From the IMG/VR virus record IMGVR_UViG_3300023184_000131, positions 1 to 61,015 of that record: 61,015 nucleotides of DNA; one strand, written 5' to 3'. Shown one piece after another: positions 1 to 7,295 of this stretch. The stretch comes from a virus (Duplodnaviria > Caudoviricetes). Position 1 is the stretch's first letter; each line of letters starts with the position of its first letter. The notes beneath the pieces are model-generated. The model had not been told where the DNA came from and made no database searches. It saw only the letters and a list, made by a program, of their open reading frames with translations. A program made the translations under genes and the position numbers.

Positions 1-2
1 CA

Positions 3-530
3 TGTGCTGGATGGGGTGGTAGAATGCTAGGTACGGTAGCAGCAGGTAAAAAATATATTGCATTTGAACCAAACGTTGAGACCTATAATAAATTAAATGA
101 GTTGGCTGAATTTTTAAATATTAAAGACCAAATAGAAATTTACAACGTTGGTTCAGAACACATGAACAGTTATCTTACAAAAAAAGTAGATATAATTCTT
201 ACTTCGCCTCCTTATTTTAATCTTGAGATTTATGCCGACGGGAAAGCCCAATCAGAAAACCAATACAGCTCCTACGAATCTTGGCGTGACGGATGGATGG
301 AAACAGTGATAACGAACGCCATATCTAATTTAAACGATTCTGGTGTATCATGTTGGAACGTTCACAACGTAGGTAAAATGAAGATGATAGAAGATGTTAG
401 AAACATTCACACAAAGAATGGTTTTGTTGAAGAAAATAAATTTTGTATTGGATCTTCAAAACGCCAGGCCCATCAAGGAAATGTTAAAAACGAAAAAAAC
501 ATTGATGTTACAATTTGTTACAAAAAGTAA
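3..530 (+). CDS. DNA amino-methyltransferase (N4-C/N6-A type), 5'-truncated by window edge
   Basis: Frame is open from nt 3 and reads CAGWGGRMLG (SAM-binding motif I); catalytic TSPPY motif present. Confidence 0.8.
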   Translation, partial: CAGWGGRMLGTVAAGKKYIAFEPNVETYNKLNELAEFLNIKDQIEIYNVGSEHMNSYLTKKVDIILTSPPYFNLEIYADGKAQSENQYSSYESWRDGWMETVITNAISNLNDSGVSCWNVHNVGKMKMIEDVRNIHTKNGFVEENKFCIGSSKRQAHQGNVKNEKNIDVTICYKK

Positions 531-549
531 ATTTTTTGCAGCCCAGCCC

Positions 550-578
550 TTGACAGCAGCGTAGATCGCTGCTATGAT
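550..578 (+). promoter_or_regulatory. sigma70-type promoter for tRNA cluster
   Basis: TTGACA(550-555)-17 nt-TATGAT(573-578) with extended TG, 12 nt upstream of tRNA-Ile. Confidence 0.8.
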
Positions 579-590
579 GGGGGTGTGGAC

Positions 591-667
591 GGACCTCGGG
601 TGTTTGGTTATCACAAGGGATCTTATAAGTCTCTATGAATTGGGTTCAATTCCCAAGGGGTCTACCA
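591..667 (+). tRNA. trnI: tRNA-Ile(UAU), atypical D-arm
   Basis: Acceptor GGACCTC/GGGGTCT + A + CCA; anticodon arm GGGAT-CTTATAA-GTCTC; T arm TTGGG-TTCAATT-CCCAA. Confidence 0.8.
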
Positions 668-677
668 AAAAACAGTT

Positions 678-702
678 TGTCAGTTCTGTATAAAAACTGA
701 CA
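678..702 (+). other. Inter-tRNA hairpin
   Basis: TGTCAGTT-9 nt-AACTGACA perfect 8-bp inverted repeat between tRNA-Ile and tRNA-Asn. Confidence 0.5.
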
Positions 703-707
703 CTTAT

Positions 708-783
708 TGCTTGTTAGCACAGTTGGTAGTGCGTTTGACTGTTAATCAAAAGGTCGTTGGTTCGAACCCAACACAAGCAGCCA
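708..783 (+). tRNA. trnN: tRNA-Asn(GUU)
   Basis: Acceptor TGCTTGT/ACAAGCA + G + CCA; anticodon arm TTTGA-CTGTTAA-TCAAA; GTTCGAA T loop. Confidence 0.95.
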
Positions 784-800
784 TTTAAGAAAAAAAACAT

Positions 801-956
801 ATGACTGAACAAAAAATTGAAATCATTGATACGTGGGCAGGTGCCGCAAAAGAATTTTTTAGACAGTTTGGAGCTGTTTCTACTTTATTGATAATCGTGA
901 TGTCTATTGGTCAGTGTAGCGGATGTATTGATATTTATCGTTTATTAGGAAAATGA
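801..956 (+). CDS. Small predicted membrane protein (51 aa), not in ORF track
   Basis: ATG..TGA reads MTEQKIEIIDTWAGAAKEFFRQFGAVSTLLIIVMSIGQCSGCIDIYRLLGK and fills the gap between two tRNAs. Confidence 0.6.
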   Translation: MTEQKIEIIDTWAGAAKEFFRQFGAVSTLLIIVMSIGQCSGCIDIYRLLGK

Positions 957-963
957 TGTATGT

Positions 964-1040
964 GCCCCGTTAGCTCAGTGGATCAGAGCAAACCGTTTCT
1001 ACCGGTCAGGTCGGGGGTTCGAATCCCTCACAGGGCGCCA
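964..1040 (+). tRNA. trnR: tRNA-Arg(UCU)
   Basis: Acceptor GCCCCGT/ACAGGGC + G + CCA; TAGCTCAGTGG D arm; ACCG-TTTCTAC-CGGT anticodon arm; GGTTCGAATCC. Confidence 0.93.
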
Positions 1041-1067
1041 TTTACAAACAATCATTAGGTTATATAT

Positions 1068-1256
1068 ATGTTAAAAAAAACAAAACAGAATACTGACGAA
1101 GATGATAAAGTGATTGTTAAAGTTTTAAGAAAGTTAATCAATCCACATAAAATATGTGATTGTTGCTTAAACGATTGGTCTAATTTTACTCTTCAAGAAG
1201 AAAAGCTTTGTGATGAGTGCTATGGAGAAAAGTATGGCAAGACCAAAGTGGGATGA
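1068..1256 (+). CDS. Small putative zinc-binding protein
   Basis: CDCC and CDEC cysteine pairs. Confidence 0.5.
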   Translation: MLKKTKQNTDEDDKVIVKVLRKLINPHKICDCCLNDWSNFTLQEEKLCDECYGEKYGKTKVG

Positions 1257-1644
1257 AATATGGATGACGTTAACGCTGATTATAGCAGAGCGTTCGCGAG
1301 ATCCAAGATTGAAAGTTGGCAGTGTTATTGTCACCGAAGACAACACTTCTGTTCTTGCTGTTGGATATAACGGAGATGAAGTAAGTGGAACTAATAAACC
1401 TGATAGCTTGGAGCCGGGTAAAAGTGGGTTCATCCACGCAGAAGCAAATGCGCTGATAAAAATGAATTTTAGCGATCACAGAAATAAAAAAATGTATCTT
1501 ACACACTCACCATGTGCTGTCTGTGCTCGTATGATTGTAAATGCTGGTATTAAAAAAGTAATATATTCTAATCAATATCGTGACACAAAAGGTTTAGAAA
1601 TATTGACTAAGTGCGGCGTCCAAGTTGAACAATTTGAGAATTGA
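1234..1644 (+). CDS. dCMP deaminase
   Basis: HAEANA and SPCAVC zinc motifs, VGYNG; likely start ATG 1234 after GGAG. Confidence 0.92.
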   Translation: MARPKWDEIWMTLTLIIAERSRDPRLKVGSVIVTEDNTSVLAVGYNGDEVSGTNKPDSLEPGKSGFIHAEANALIKMNFSDHRNKKMYLTHSPCAVCARMIVNAGIKKVIYSNQYRDTKGLEILTKCGVQVEQFEN

Positions 1645-1657
1645 TATTGGTAATAAT

Positions 1658-1921
1658 ATGTTTGAAATAACCAAAGAACAACAAAAGAAAATTGATTTAT
1701 GGCTTAAGCAACAAGATAAAATTGCTCTTGAAAGTCAAAAGCTGTTAATGTCTGAGGAAGACTTTGAAGACCTGACTTCTGGAGGAAAATATCCATATTG
1801 TGGCGCTATTAACGGCGGTGTACAATACATATTTATTCCAACTTCAGTTGGAACAATCTGCAAAATAAAACATTCTTTGACTAATAAAGAATTAGATGTA
1901 ACTGATTACGATAACTGGTGA
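1658..1921 (+). CDS. Hypothetical phage protein
   Basis: ORF in gene-dense context; likely start ATG 1658. Confidence 0.6.
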   Translation: MFEITKEQQKKIDLWLKQQDKIALESQKLLMSEEDFEDLTSGGKYPYCGAINGGVQYIFIPTSVGTICKIKHSLTNKELDVTDYDNW

Positions 1922-1962
1922 TATTTTACAATCACTTAACTTGAAAATAAAAGGAGAACGAT

Positions 1963-2277
1963 ATGTCTGATAAATACAAAGTAGAACTAAACATTGAACT
2001 TGAACTTCGTTCACGCGATCAAAATGATATGGTTAAATTTAGTAAAGATATTGAAACTAATTTTATTCCACAACATGGCATGGTCGTCATGATTGATGAG
2101 ATTCCTTTCCGTGTAAAGACAATTGCTTTGGCAAATTTGAGTGGGCTAAAACACGTTGCCTATCCAGTAACTACCAAGGGAATTAAATTTGTTTCTCGTA
2201 GTGACAACTCAAAAGGCAAAGATTGGTTCAGTTCACGAACTGAACACTTCAAGAAACTTGGTTGGAAATCAAATTGA
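1963..2277 (+). CDS. Hypothetical protein
   Basis: Strong SD (AAGGAG), followed by a terminator. Confidence 0.7.
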   Translation: MSDKYKVELNIELELRSRDQNDMVKFSKDIETNFIPQHGMVVMIDEIPFRVKTIALANLSGLKHVAYPVTTKGIKFVSRSDNSKGKDWFSSRTEHFKKLGWKSN

Positions 2278-2289
2278 GATAAAGTTCTT

Positions 2290-2313
2290 AACTGCCCTTT
2301 GAAGGGCAGTTTT
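2290..2313 (+). terminator. Rho-independent terminator
   Basis: AACTGCCCTT-TG-AAGGGCAGTT followed by T run. Confidence 0.7.
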
Positions 2314-2339
2314 GCTAAATACCGAAAGGCTTGCTATTC

Positions 2340-2828
2340 ATGGAACTAAAAATCAAATCACTACACGACGGCAATGAAGTATCACTGACCGAAGTGCTAA
2401 AAGTTAGGACAAACGCAAAATACAGAGTTGGTTGCGATAGCATCAACACAAAAGATACTACAATCTTTATCACTACTCTTATTGGCATTCACCCAAACCG
2501 TTCTGGTGCTTTTATTCTTTATCAAAAAGAAAAAATACCTAAAATACGAGAAACGCAAATTCGTCTTTGGCAAGAAGTAGAAAAAGCAATTGCCTTTGCG
2601 ACACTGCTAAAAAAACAATATTTAGTAGATATTGAGTGTATAGATTTTGATTTGAATCCAAATCTAACGTATGAATCCAGTCGTCTTGTATCAAGTGCTG
2701 TTGGATATGCAGAATCAATGGGTTTCAAGGCAGTTTGTAAGCCTCACTCAATTTATGCCATTCATGCAGCAGATTTTATTGCTCATAAAAGCAGTGAACA
2801 CTTCAAGCGAAAAGGTATTATTACATGA
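2340..2828 (+). CDS. RNase H-like YkuK (DUF458) family protein
   Basis: VGCDS ... RLWQEVEKAI ... DLN ... KP...AAD pattern typical of YkuK. Confidence 0.75.
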   Translation: MELKIKSLHDGNEVSLTEVLKVRTNAKYRVGCDSINTKDTTIFITTLIGIHPNRSGAFILYQKEKIPKIRETQIRLWQEVEKAIAFATLLKKQYLVDIECIDFDLNPNLTYESSRLVSSAVGYAESMGFKAVCKPHSIYAIHAADFIAHKSSEHFKRKGIIT

Positions 2829-3352
2829 GTTCTGAAATGCGAACTGAAACAAGGAAAGAAAGATATAATAAAAAAGTCAACTCTTCTTTTAAATATCCAG
2901 TAGAGATTGCTTGTGTAAATTTCAAACACGAACCAAACATTGGATATGTCATTCGCGCAGCTGCTTGTTTTGGATCTCCAGTAGTGAATATTATTGGAGA
3001 TTGTCCGTCGGATAAAGTTCTAAAAATGCTTTCAGGAACCACAAGCGATTTCATCAAGCTTCAAAAGTTTTCAAATCCACATATGTTTTTAGAATATTGT
3101 CGCACGAATGATATCAAGGTTGTATCCGCAGAACTAACTGAAAATTCAAGGAGTTTATATGATTACACTTTTCCTAAAAACAATAAAATATGCATTGTCG
3201 TTGGTAACGAACAAACAGGTGTACCAGTCGACATACTTCAACACAGTGATATTGTCCAGATTCCAATGCCAGGAGTAGGATATTGTTTGAATACAGCTAT
3301 GAGTGCAAATATTATGTTGTTCGAATACACAAAACAGCAAGCAATGACTTGA
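2825..3352 (+). CDS. SPOUT (SpoU/TrmH/TrmL-like) RNA 2'-O-methyltransferase
   Basis: PNIGYVIRAAACFG, VVGNEQTGV and IPMPGVGYCLNTA correspond to SpoU motifs 1-3. Confidence 0.88.
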   Translation: MSSEMRTETRKERYNKKVNSSFKYPVEIACVNFKHEPNIGYVIRAAACFGSPVVNIIGDCPSDKVLKMLSGTTSDFIKLQKFSNPHMFLEYCRTNDIKVVSAELTENSRSLYDYTFPKNNKICIVVGNEQTGVPVDILQHSDIVQIPMPGVGYCLNTAMSANIMLFEYTKQQAMT

Positions 3353-3377
3353 CAAAAACATAGATCAGTGTTATACT
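3349..3377 (+). promoter_or_regulatory. sigma70-type promoter for tRNA-Leu
   Basis: TTGACA(3349-3354)-17 nt-TATACT(3372-3377) with extended TG. Confidence 0.82.
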
Positions 3378-3387
3378 GATCTTGTTT

Positions 3388-3472
3388 GGCTCCTTGGCGG
3401 AATTGGTAGACGCATTCGACTTAAAATCGAACACTTTCGGGTATGCCGGTTCGATTCCGGCAGGAGCTACCA
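3388..3472 (+). tRNA. trnL: tRNA-Leu(UAA)
   Basis: Acceptor GGCTCCT/AGGAGCT + A + CCA; TTCGA-CTTAAAA-TCGAA anticodon arm; long variable arm. Confidence 0.95.
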
Positions 3473-3515
3473 AAATGGAAGACACTACTATATATCAATA
3501 CGAGGTGTGTTCCAT

Positions 3516-3968
3516 ATGTCTGATAAAGAAAAGTTACAAGAAGCAGTAAAGAATTCGTTTTCTTTTGCACAAGTACTGAAAAAGATTGGTCTTGCGCCAA
3601 AAGGCGGAAATTATAGAATCTTACAGAGAAAAATAAAAGAATTTGATTTAGATATTAAACACTTTACTGGAAAAGGTCATCTAAAAGGAAAAACACATAG
3701 TTGGAATAAACAGTTCCCATTAGAAACTATATTAGTAGAAAATTCTAATTATCAAAGCTATAAATTAAAGAATCGCTTATTAAAAGAAGGATTAATTGTT
3801 AATAAATGTTCTGAATGTTCTTTAGAAGATATTTGGAATGGTAAAAAAATCAATCTACATCTTGACCACGTTAATGGCAACAATACTGATAATAGATTAG
3901 AAAATTTAAGAATGCTTTGTCCGAACTGTCATAGTCAGACTGATACGTATGCTGGTAAGAATAAATAG
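3516..3968 (+). CDS. HNH homing endonuclease
   Basis: CSEC ... HLDHVNGNNTDNRLENLRMLCPNCHSQ; GAGGTG SD before ATG 3516. Confidence 0.9.
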   Translation: MSDKEKLQEAVKNSFSFAQVLKKIGLAPKGGNYRILQRKIKEFDLDIKHFTGKGHLKGKTHSWNKQFPLETILVENSNYQSYKLKNRLLKEGLIVNKCSECSLEDIWNGKKINLHLDHVNGNNTDNRLENLRMLCPNCHSQTDTYAGKNK

Positions 3969-3985
3969 TCCGACTCGGGGCACCA
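3967..3985 (+). pseudogene. tRNA 3' remnant (T-stem 3' strand, acceptor strand, ACCA)
   Basis: AGTCCGACTCGGGGCACCA has the geometry of a tRNA 3' end and is GC-rich within AT-rich context. Confidence 0.55.
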
Positions 3986-4003
3986 TAAAATATAAATTAT
4001 ACT

Positions 4004-4042
4004 GGCACACTCCTACGGTAAAATGTAGGAGTGTGCTTTTTT
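4004..4042 (+). terminator. Rho-independent terminator
   Basis: GCACACTCCTAC-8 nt-GTAGGAGTGTGC followed by TTTTTT. Confidence 0.88.
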
Positions 4043-4089
4043 ATTATAATCCAATTAAACAATTAATTGTTTTAAACCTAATTACTTAT

Positions 4090-4269
4090 ATGAAATTAAG
4101 GGTAACTTTTGATTTTGAATTTGAAGACAGTCTAACTCAAGATGAAGTTGATAGTTTAATATACATTGTTGAAGGTTGGTCTGAACATGACGGTTCGGCA
4201 TTTTTAGAAATACCTGGTGGCTTTAAAGATGTTGGTATAGGCTACGAATTCATAAAAAAAGATAAATAA
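4090..4269 (+). CDS. Small acidic hypothetical protein
   Basis: ATG 4090 lies downstream of the terminator; the upstream part of the listed 3949 ORF crosses non-coding elements. Confidence 0.55.
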   Translation: MKLRVTFDFEFEDSLTQDEVDSLIYIVEGWSEHDGSAFLEIPGGFKDVGIGYEFIKKDK

Positions 4270-4273
4270 ATTA

Positions 4274-4984
4274 TTATTTAGTTCTAGTTTCTATCACTGT
4301 ATTTTTGAAACTAGAACCAAAAGAATAATCATAAAATAACTTGACTCTTTCTTGAGTCACGCTTATCATCACACTTTGAAATTCTGGTACACCACGCGAT
4401 ATAATGCCTACAATCTCCCAATTAGAATTTAATATTGGAGACCCAGAGCTTCCACCTACTCCAACTAAATTATAAATATCAGAATTGTATTTTTCTTCTG
4501 ATATTTTTACGTGTCCTTCATAATATCCATCAAACATTAAAGTCAAATCAGGACCATGTATCCCCAATGGTGCTGCTAGGTTATAAATGTGATCACCTAT
4601 TTCAAGATTGTTTTCAGCAATTCTTAATGGTTTTGCAGAAATAATAGTTTCTGTTATCAGTAAACACAGATCATCTTCTATTGCAGTAACAAAACCGATA
4701 ATAGGATATTTGTTGTCTTTTAGATCTATAACTCTCATTGCCACTGTGTTAGTGTGACAAACATGACCAGCAGTAAGAATAATAGTGTTTGAATTATCAA
4801 TGTGGTTAATAATTACACCGGAGCCAGTAGAAGCATATTCGTTGGTTAAAATTTCAACTTTAACAAATGATTCTCGCGGAGCGTTTTTGAAATTAAATGA
4901 ATTTGATAACGTCAAACACCCACAACTAGTAGAACCTATTACTAGGAATAAAATGCCAAATAGCTGTTTAAAAAACTGCGGCAT
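4274..4984 (-). CDS. Trypsin-like (S1) serine protease with N-terminal signal or lipoprotein anchor
   Basis: LTAGHVC (His), DDLCLL (Asp), GGSSGSP (Ser); hydrophobic N-terminus ending in STSC. Confidence 0.85.
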   Translation of the reverse strand: MPQFFKQLFGILFLVIGSTSCGCLTLSNSFNFKNAPRESFVKVEILTNEYASTGSGVIINHIDNSNTIILTAGHVCHTNTVAMRVIDLKDNKYPIIGFVTAIEDDLCLLITETIISAKPLRIAENNLEIGDHIYNLAAPLGIHGPDLTLMFDGYYEGHVKISEEKYNSDIYNLVGVGGSSGSPILNSNWEIVGIISRGVPEFQSVMISVTQERVKLFYDYSFGSSFKNTVIETRTK

Positions 4985-5047
4985 ATATGTAACTATATTG
5001 TCTTAGGCTAAAATACATAATTATTATAAAGAAAAGTTGGTAACAAA

Positions 5048-6364
5048 ATGAAAAAAATATTCGTGTTAGATACAAGTGTTTGTTTGGCAAATGCCAATGC
5101 TGTTTACAGCTTTGGAAAAGAGGATGTTTACATCCCATTGAAAGTCCTTGAAGAAGTAGATAAACACAAAAATCGCCAAGACGGCGTCGGTCAGAATGCT
5201 CGCAGTTTTATCAAGATTCTTGATGAATTACGCGAAAGAGGCTCGTTACAAGAGGGGGTAAGACTCCAGAAAGGCAAAGGTCTACTAAGATCAGTTGCAT
5301 TAACCCCATCAGCGTTCCCGGTAGATTTAGATCTAAGTGTTCCAGACCATGTCATAATCGCTACTGCTTTTGGTGTAGCAAAATTAAATGAAGATAAAAA
5401 AATAGTTGTAGTTTCACGCGATATTAATATGCGTGTAATCTGCGATTCAATCGGTCTAGGTTCTGAAGGATACGACGCCAACCAAGTAATCTCCAGCAGC
5501 TCAGAACTTTATTCTGGTTTCGCAGACATAGTTGTTGATGATGAGTTCATTGAACGCTTGTATAAAGGTGAGTTGATGCAACTTGATGATAAACAAGCCA
5601 ACAACTTATTCCCACATCAGTTTCTAACGCTTATCTCAAATAAGAATGCAAACAAAACAGCATTGGCAAGGTTTATAAACAAAGAATCGCCATTGCGTCG
5701 TCTTCCTGAATTCAAGGGTCGTAATCAGATTCAAGGTATAGAAGCAAGAAATAGAGAACAAAGCTTTGCTATGGACCTTTTGATGGACCCAGCAATTCCA
5801 ATTGTAACTCTTGTAGGTAAAGCTGGTTCCGGCAAAACACTTACAGCAATTGCTGCCGGTATGGAACAGATGTTAAAGAAAAGTGTATACACTCGTCTAA
5901 TAGTGTCACGTCCGGTTCAACCAATGGGAAGAGATATTGGTTTCTTACCAGGAACGATGGAAGAAAAAATGTTACCATGGTTAAGCCCAATTCAAGACAA
6001 TCTTCAGTTTTTGCTTGGTAACGATAAGGCAATGCTTGCAGAATATATGGCTCGCGGTCAAATTGAAATTGAAGCTCTAACGTATATTCGCGGTCGCTCT
6101 ATCGCCAAAGCTTTTATGGTTATAGACGAAGCACAAAACCTTTCAGCGCACGAACTTAAAACGATTGTTACTCGCGTTGGCGAAAATACCAAAATCGTTT
6201 TAACGGGCGATATAGAACAGATTGATAATGTTTATGTCAATGATACAAGCAATGGTCTTGCCTATGCTGTTGAAAAGTTTAAAGAAACTCAATTAGCAGG
6301 TCATGTAAGCTTGGTTAAGGGTGAACGTTCTGCTGTCGCAACTCTCGCAGCTAAAATTCTTTGA
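5048..6364 (+). CDS. phoH: PIN-domain PhoH-family ATPase (PhoH2/YlaK-like)
   Basis: N-terminal VLDTSV PIN motif; GKAGSGKT, RGRS, DEAQN, GDIEQID. Confidence 0.93.
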   Translation: MKKIFVLDTSVCLANANAVYSFGKEDVYIPLKVLEEVDKHKNRQDGVGQNARSFIKILDELRERGSLQEGVRLQKGKGLLRSVALTPSAFPVDLDLSVPDHVIIATAFGVAKLNEDKKIVVVSRDINMRVICDSIGLGSEGYDANQVISSSSELYSGFADIVVDDEFIERLYKGELMQLDDKQANNLFPHQFLTLISNKNANKTALARFINKESPLRRLPEFKGRNQIQGIEARNREQSFAMDLLMDPAIPIVTLVGKAGSGKTLTAIAAGMEQMLKKSVYTRLIVSRPVQPMGRDIGFLPGTMEEKMLPWLSPIQDNLQFLLGNDKAMLAEYMARGQIEIEALTYIRGRSIAKAFMVIDEAQNLSAHELKTIVTRVGENTKIVLTGDIEQIDNVYVNDTSNGLAYAVEKFKETQLAGHVSLVKGERSAVATLAAKIL

Positions 6365-6372
6365 GGTGAAAT

Positions 6373-6621
6373 ATGGACGATAGAGAATTAGAAGAAAAAA
6401 TTGTGGAAAAAGAAAATCCACTAAAAGAATTGTTTATAAGATATATTGGTGAAAAACTAAAACCAGAAAACGGAGAAATAACCGTTGAGATGTGTGTTGA
6501 GGTTTTGGCAGAAGAATTCCCAGACTTCTTATTGCTTGTAGCACAAGAGAATTTTCTTAGAGGGTACAGACAGTGTCTTGCTGATACGGAGCACGTAGAA
6601 AATGAACAAAAATCACAATAG
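6373..6621 (+). CDS. Hypothetical protein
   Basis: GAGGTG SD; operonic position. Confidence 0.7.
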   Translation: MDDRELEEKIVEKENPLKELFIRYIGEKLKPENGEITVEMCVEVLAEEFPDFLLLVAQENFLRGYRQCLADTEHVENEQKSQ

Positions 6622-7282
6622 ATTTTTTAAATCTTCACAACAAGTAAGGCTAAAGGAACAAACTATATTCGGGAATATCAATGTTATTGAACAGCAAGAG
6701 CTACCAGATAATATCAGTTTGAATAATATTTTAAAAAAATTACAAATTGTAATTCCCGAACATTTTGTTCAAAATTTAGATGGTATATACATCGGTGATT
6801 ATGACTTTCTTTCAAAAAGAGACTTAAACGCTCTTTATAAAGATGGAGTTATTTATGTTGCTCCTGAGCAAGATGATGAACAAGATGTATATGAAGATAT
6901 AGTACATGAAATAGCGCATTGCGTTGAAGAAACTTATGGAATGGATATCTATGAAGACGGAAAGATCGAAGATGAATTTTTACGCAAAAGACGAGGTCTG
7001 CTTGACATCTTGAAGGCATACGGCTATAATCAGGCGTCGGATGCATCTTACGGGAATACAGAATACAACAAAAAGTTTGATGAATTTTTATATTTAAGTG
7101 TTGGATATCCAATTCTTACTCAATTGACTGCGAGTTTATTTGTATCTCCGTATGGTGCGACTTCCTTAAGAGAATATTTTGCCAACTGCTTTGAGGAATA
7201 TTTTGCACGTCGTCAATATGGCCATGTTAAAAATATTTCTCCTGCTGTCTATGAAAAAATAGAACTTTTATTAGGAATCTAA
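6602..7282 (+). CDS. Zinc metallopeptidase (zincin)
   Basis: VHEIAH (HExxH) with downstream EYFA third-ligand motif. Confidence 0.7.
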   Translation: MNKNHNRFFKSSQQVRLKEQTIFGNINVIEQQELPDNISLNNILKKLQIVIPEHFVQNLDGIYIGDYDFLSKRDLNALYKDGVIYVAPEQDDEQDVYEDIVHEIAHCVEETYGMDIYEDGKIEDEFLRKRRGLLDILKAYGYNQASDASYGNTEYNKKFDEFLYLSVGYPILTQLTASLFVSPYGATSLREYFANCFEEYFARRQYGHVKNISPAVYEKIELLLGI

Positions 7283-7295
7283 CCAGAGGTGTCTT

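Noticed and set aside
616-635. tRNA at 591 as an ochre (UUA) suppressor, implying a recoded genome
   Set aside because: Stem symmetry centres the loop on TAT, and genes end normally at TAA, TAG and TGA without fragmentation.
3388-3985. Group I intron or split tRNA around the HNH gene
   Set aside because: The upstream tRNA is already complete with CCA, the remnant cannot pair with its 5' strand, and there is no room for an intron core.
3949-4089. N-terminal extension of ORF 3949..4269
   Set aside because: It crosses the HNH end, the tRNA remnant and a terminator; ATG 4090 is more plausible.
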